A DNA stretch of 63,338 nucleotides, counting the filler, from Octopus bimaculoides (Eukaryota), in assembly GCF_001194135.2 (NCBI RefSeq). It is 5 parts of 5 records of this genome, joined end to end, with 100 filler letters (N's around TTAATTAATTAA, not from the genome) between each part and the next. Parts side by side here need not be neighbours in the genome. Positions count along the whole stretch, not along the records: positions 51,710 to 63,338 come from NC_069010.1; 4 more parts are not named here. One strand, written 5' to 3'. Under the pieces are notes generated by a model that worked only from the letters and a program-made list of their open reading frames with translations, was not told where the DNA came from and did not search any database. Below are positions 63,081 through 63,338 of the stretch, piece after piece (the stretch's first letter is position 1; each line of letters begins with the position of its first letter). The position numbers were made by a program, and so were the translations under genes.

Positions 63081-63338
63081 AGGCGCAGGAGTGGCTGTGT
63101 GGTAAGTAGCTTGCTTACCAACCACATGGTTCCGGGTTCATTCCCACTGCGTGGCACCTTGGGCAAGTGTCTTCTACTATAGCCTCGGGCCGACCAGAGC
63201 CTTGTGAGTGGATTTGGTAGACGGAAACTGAAAGAAGCCTGTCGCATATGTGTATATATATATATATATATATATGTATGTCTGTGTATGTGTGTCCGTG
63301 TTTGTCCCCCCCCATCATCGCTTGACAACCGATGGTGG
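63081..63338 (+). mobile_element. Family A SINE running off the window end
   Basis: aggcgcaggagtggctgtgtggtaagtagcttgcttaccaaccacatggttccgggttca..gcgtggcaccttgggcaagtgtctt. Confidence 0.85.

Overview
AT-rich, microsatellite-saturated, gap-rich eukaryotic genomic DNA. The SINE/LINE repertoire looks cephalopod (Octopus-like; inference from recalled repeat families). Four 100-bp spacers (44N-TTAATTAATTAA-44N) show the window is stitched from five scaffolds. Almost all ORFs in the track are microsatellite or N-gap artefacts. Manual splicing on the minus strand recovers two multi-exon genes. (1) A divergent PCF11-like gene at 21.2-27.9 kb: seven phase-compatible GT-AG exons, about 632 codons, with both PCF11 C-terminal zinc-finger modules. 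No recognisable CID was found and the 3' end is unresolved. (2) An unidentified gene at 55.5-61.0 kb: three phase-compatible exons plus one partly inside a gap. The rest is tRNA-derived SINEs of about four families, fragments of RTE, R4/Dong-like and CR1/L2-like LINEs, Tc1/mariner derivatives, and hAT-, piggyBac-like and foldback MITEs. The most unusual non-coding signals are several minimal hammerhead-ribozyme-like motifs of the Penelope-like type (three loci within 1 kb at 46.9-47.9 kb), a 211-bp palindrome built around telomere-like repeats, and a tandem RFX X-box plus NRF1 cluster.
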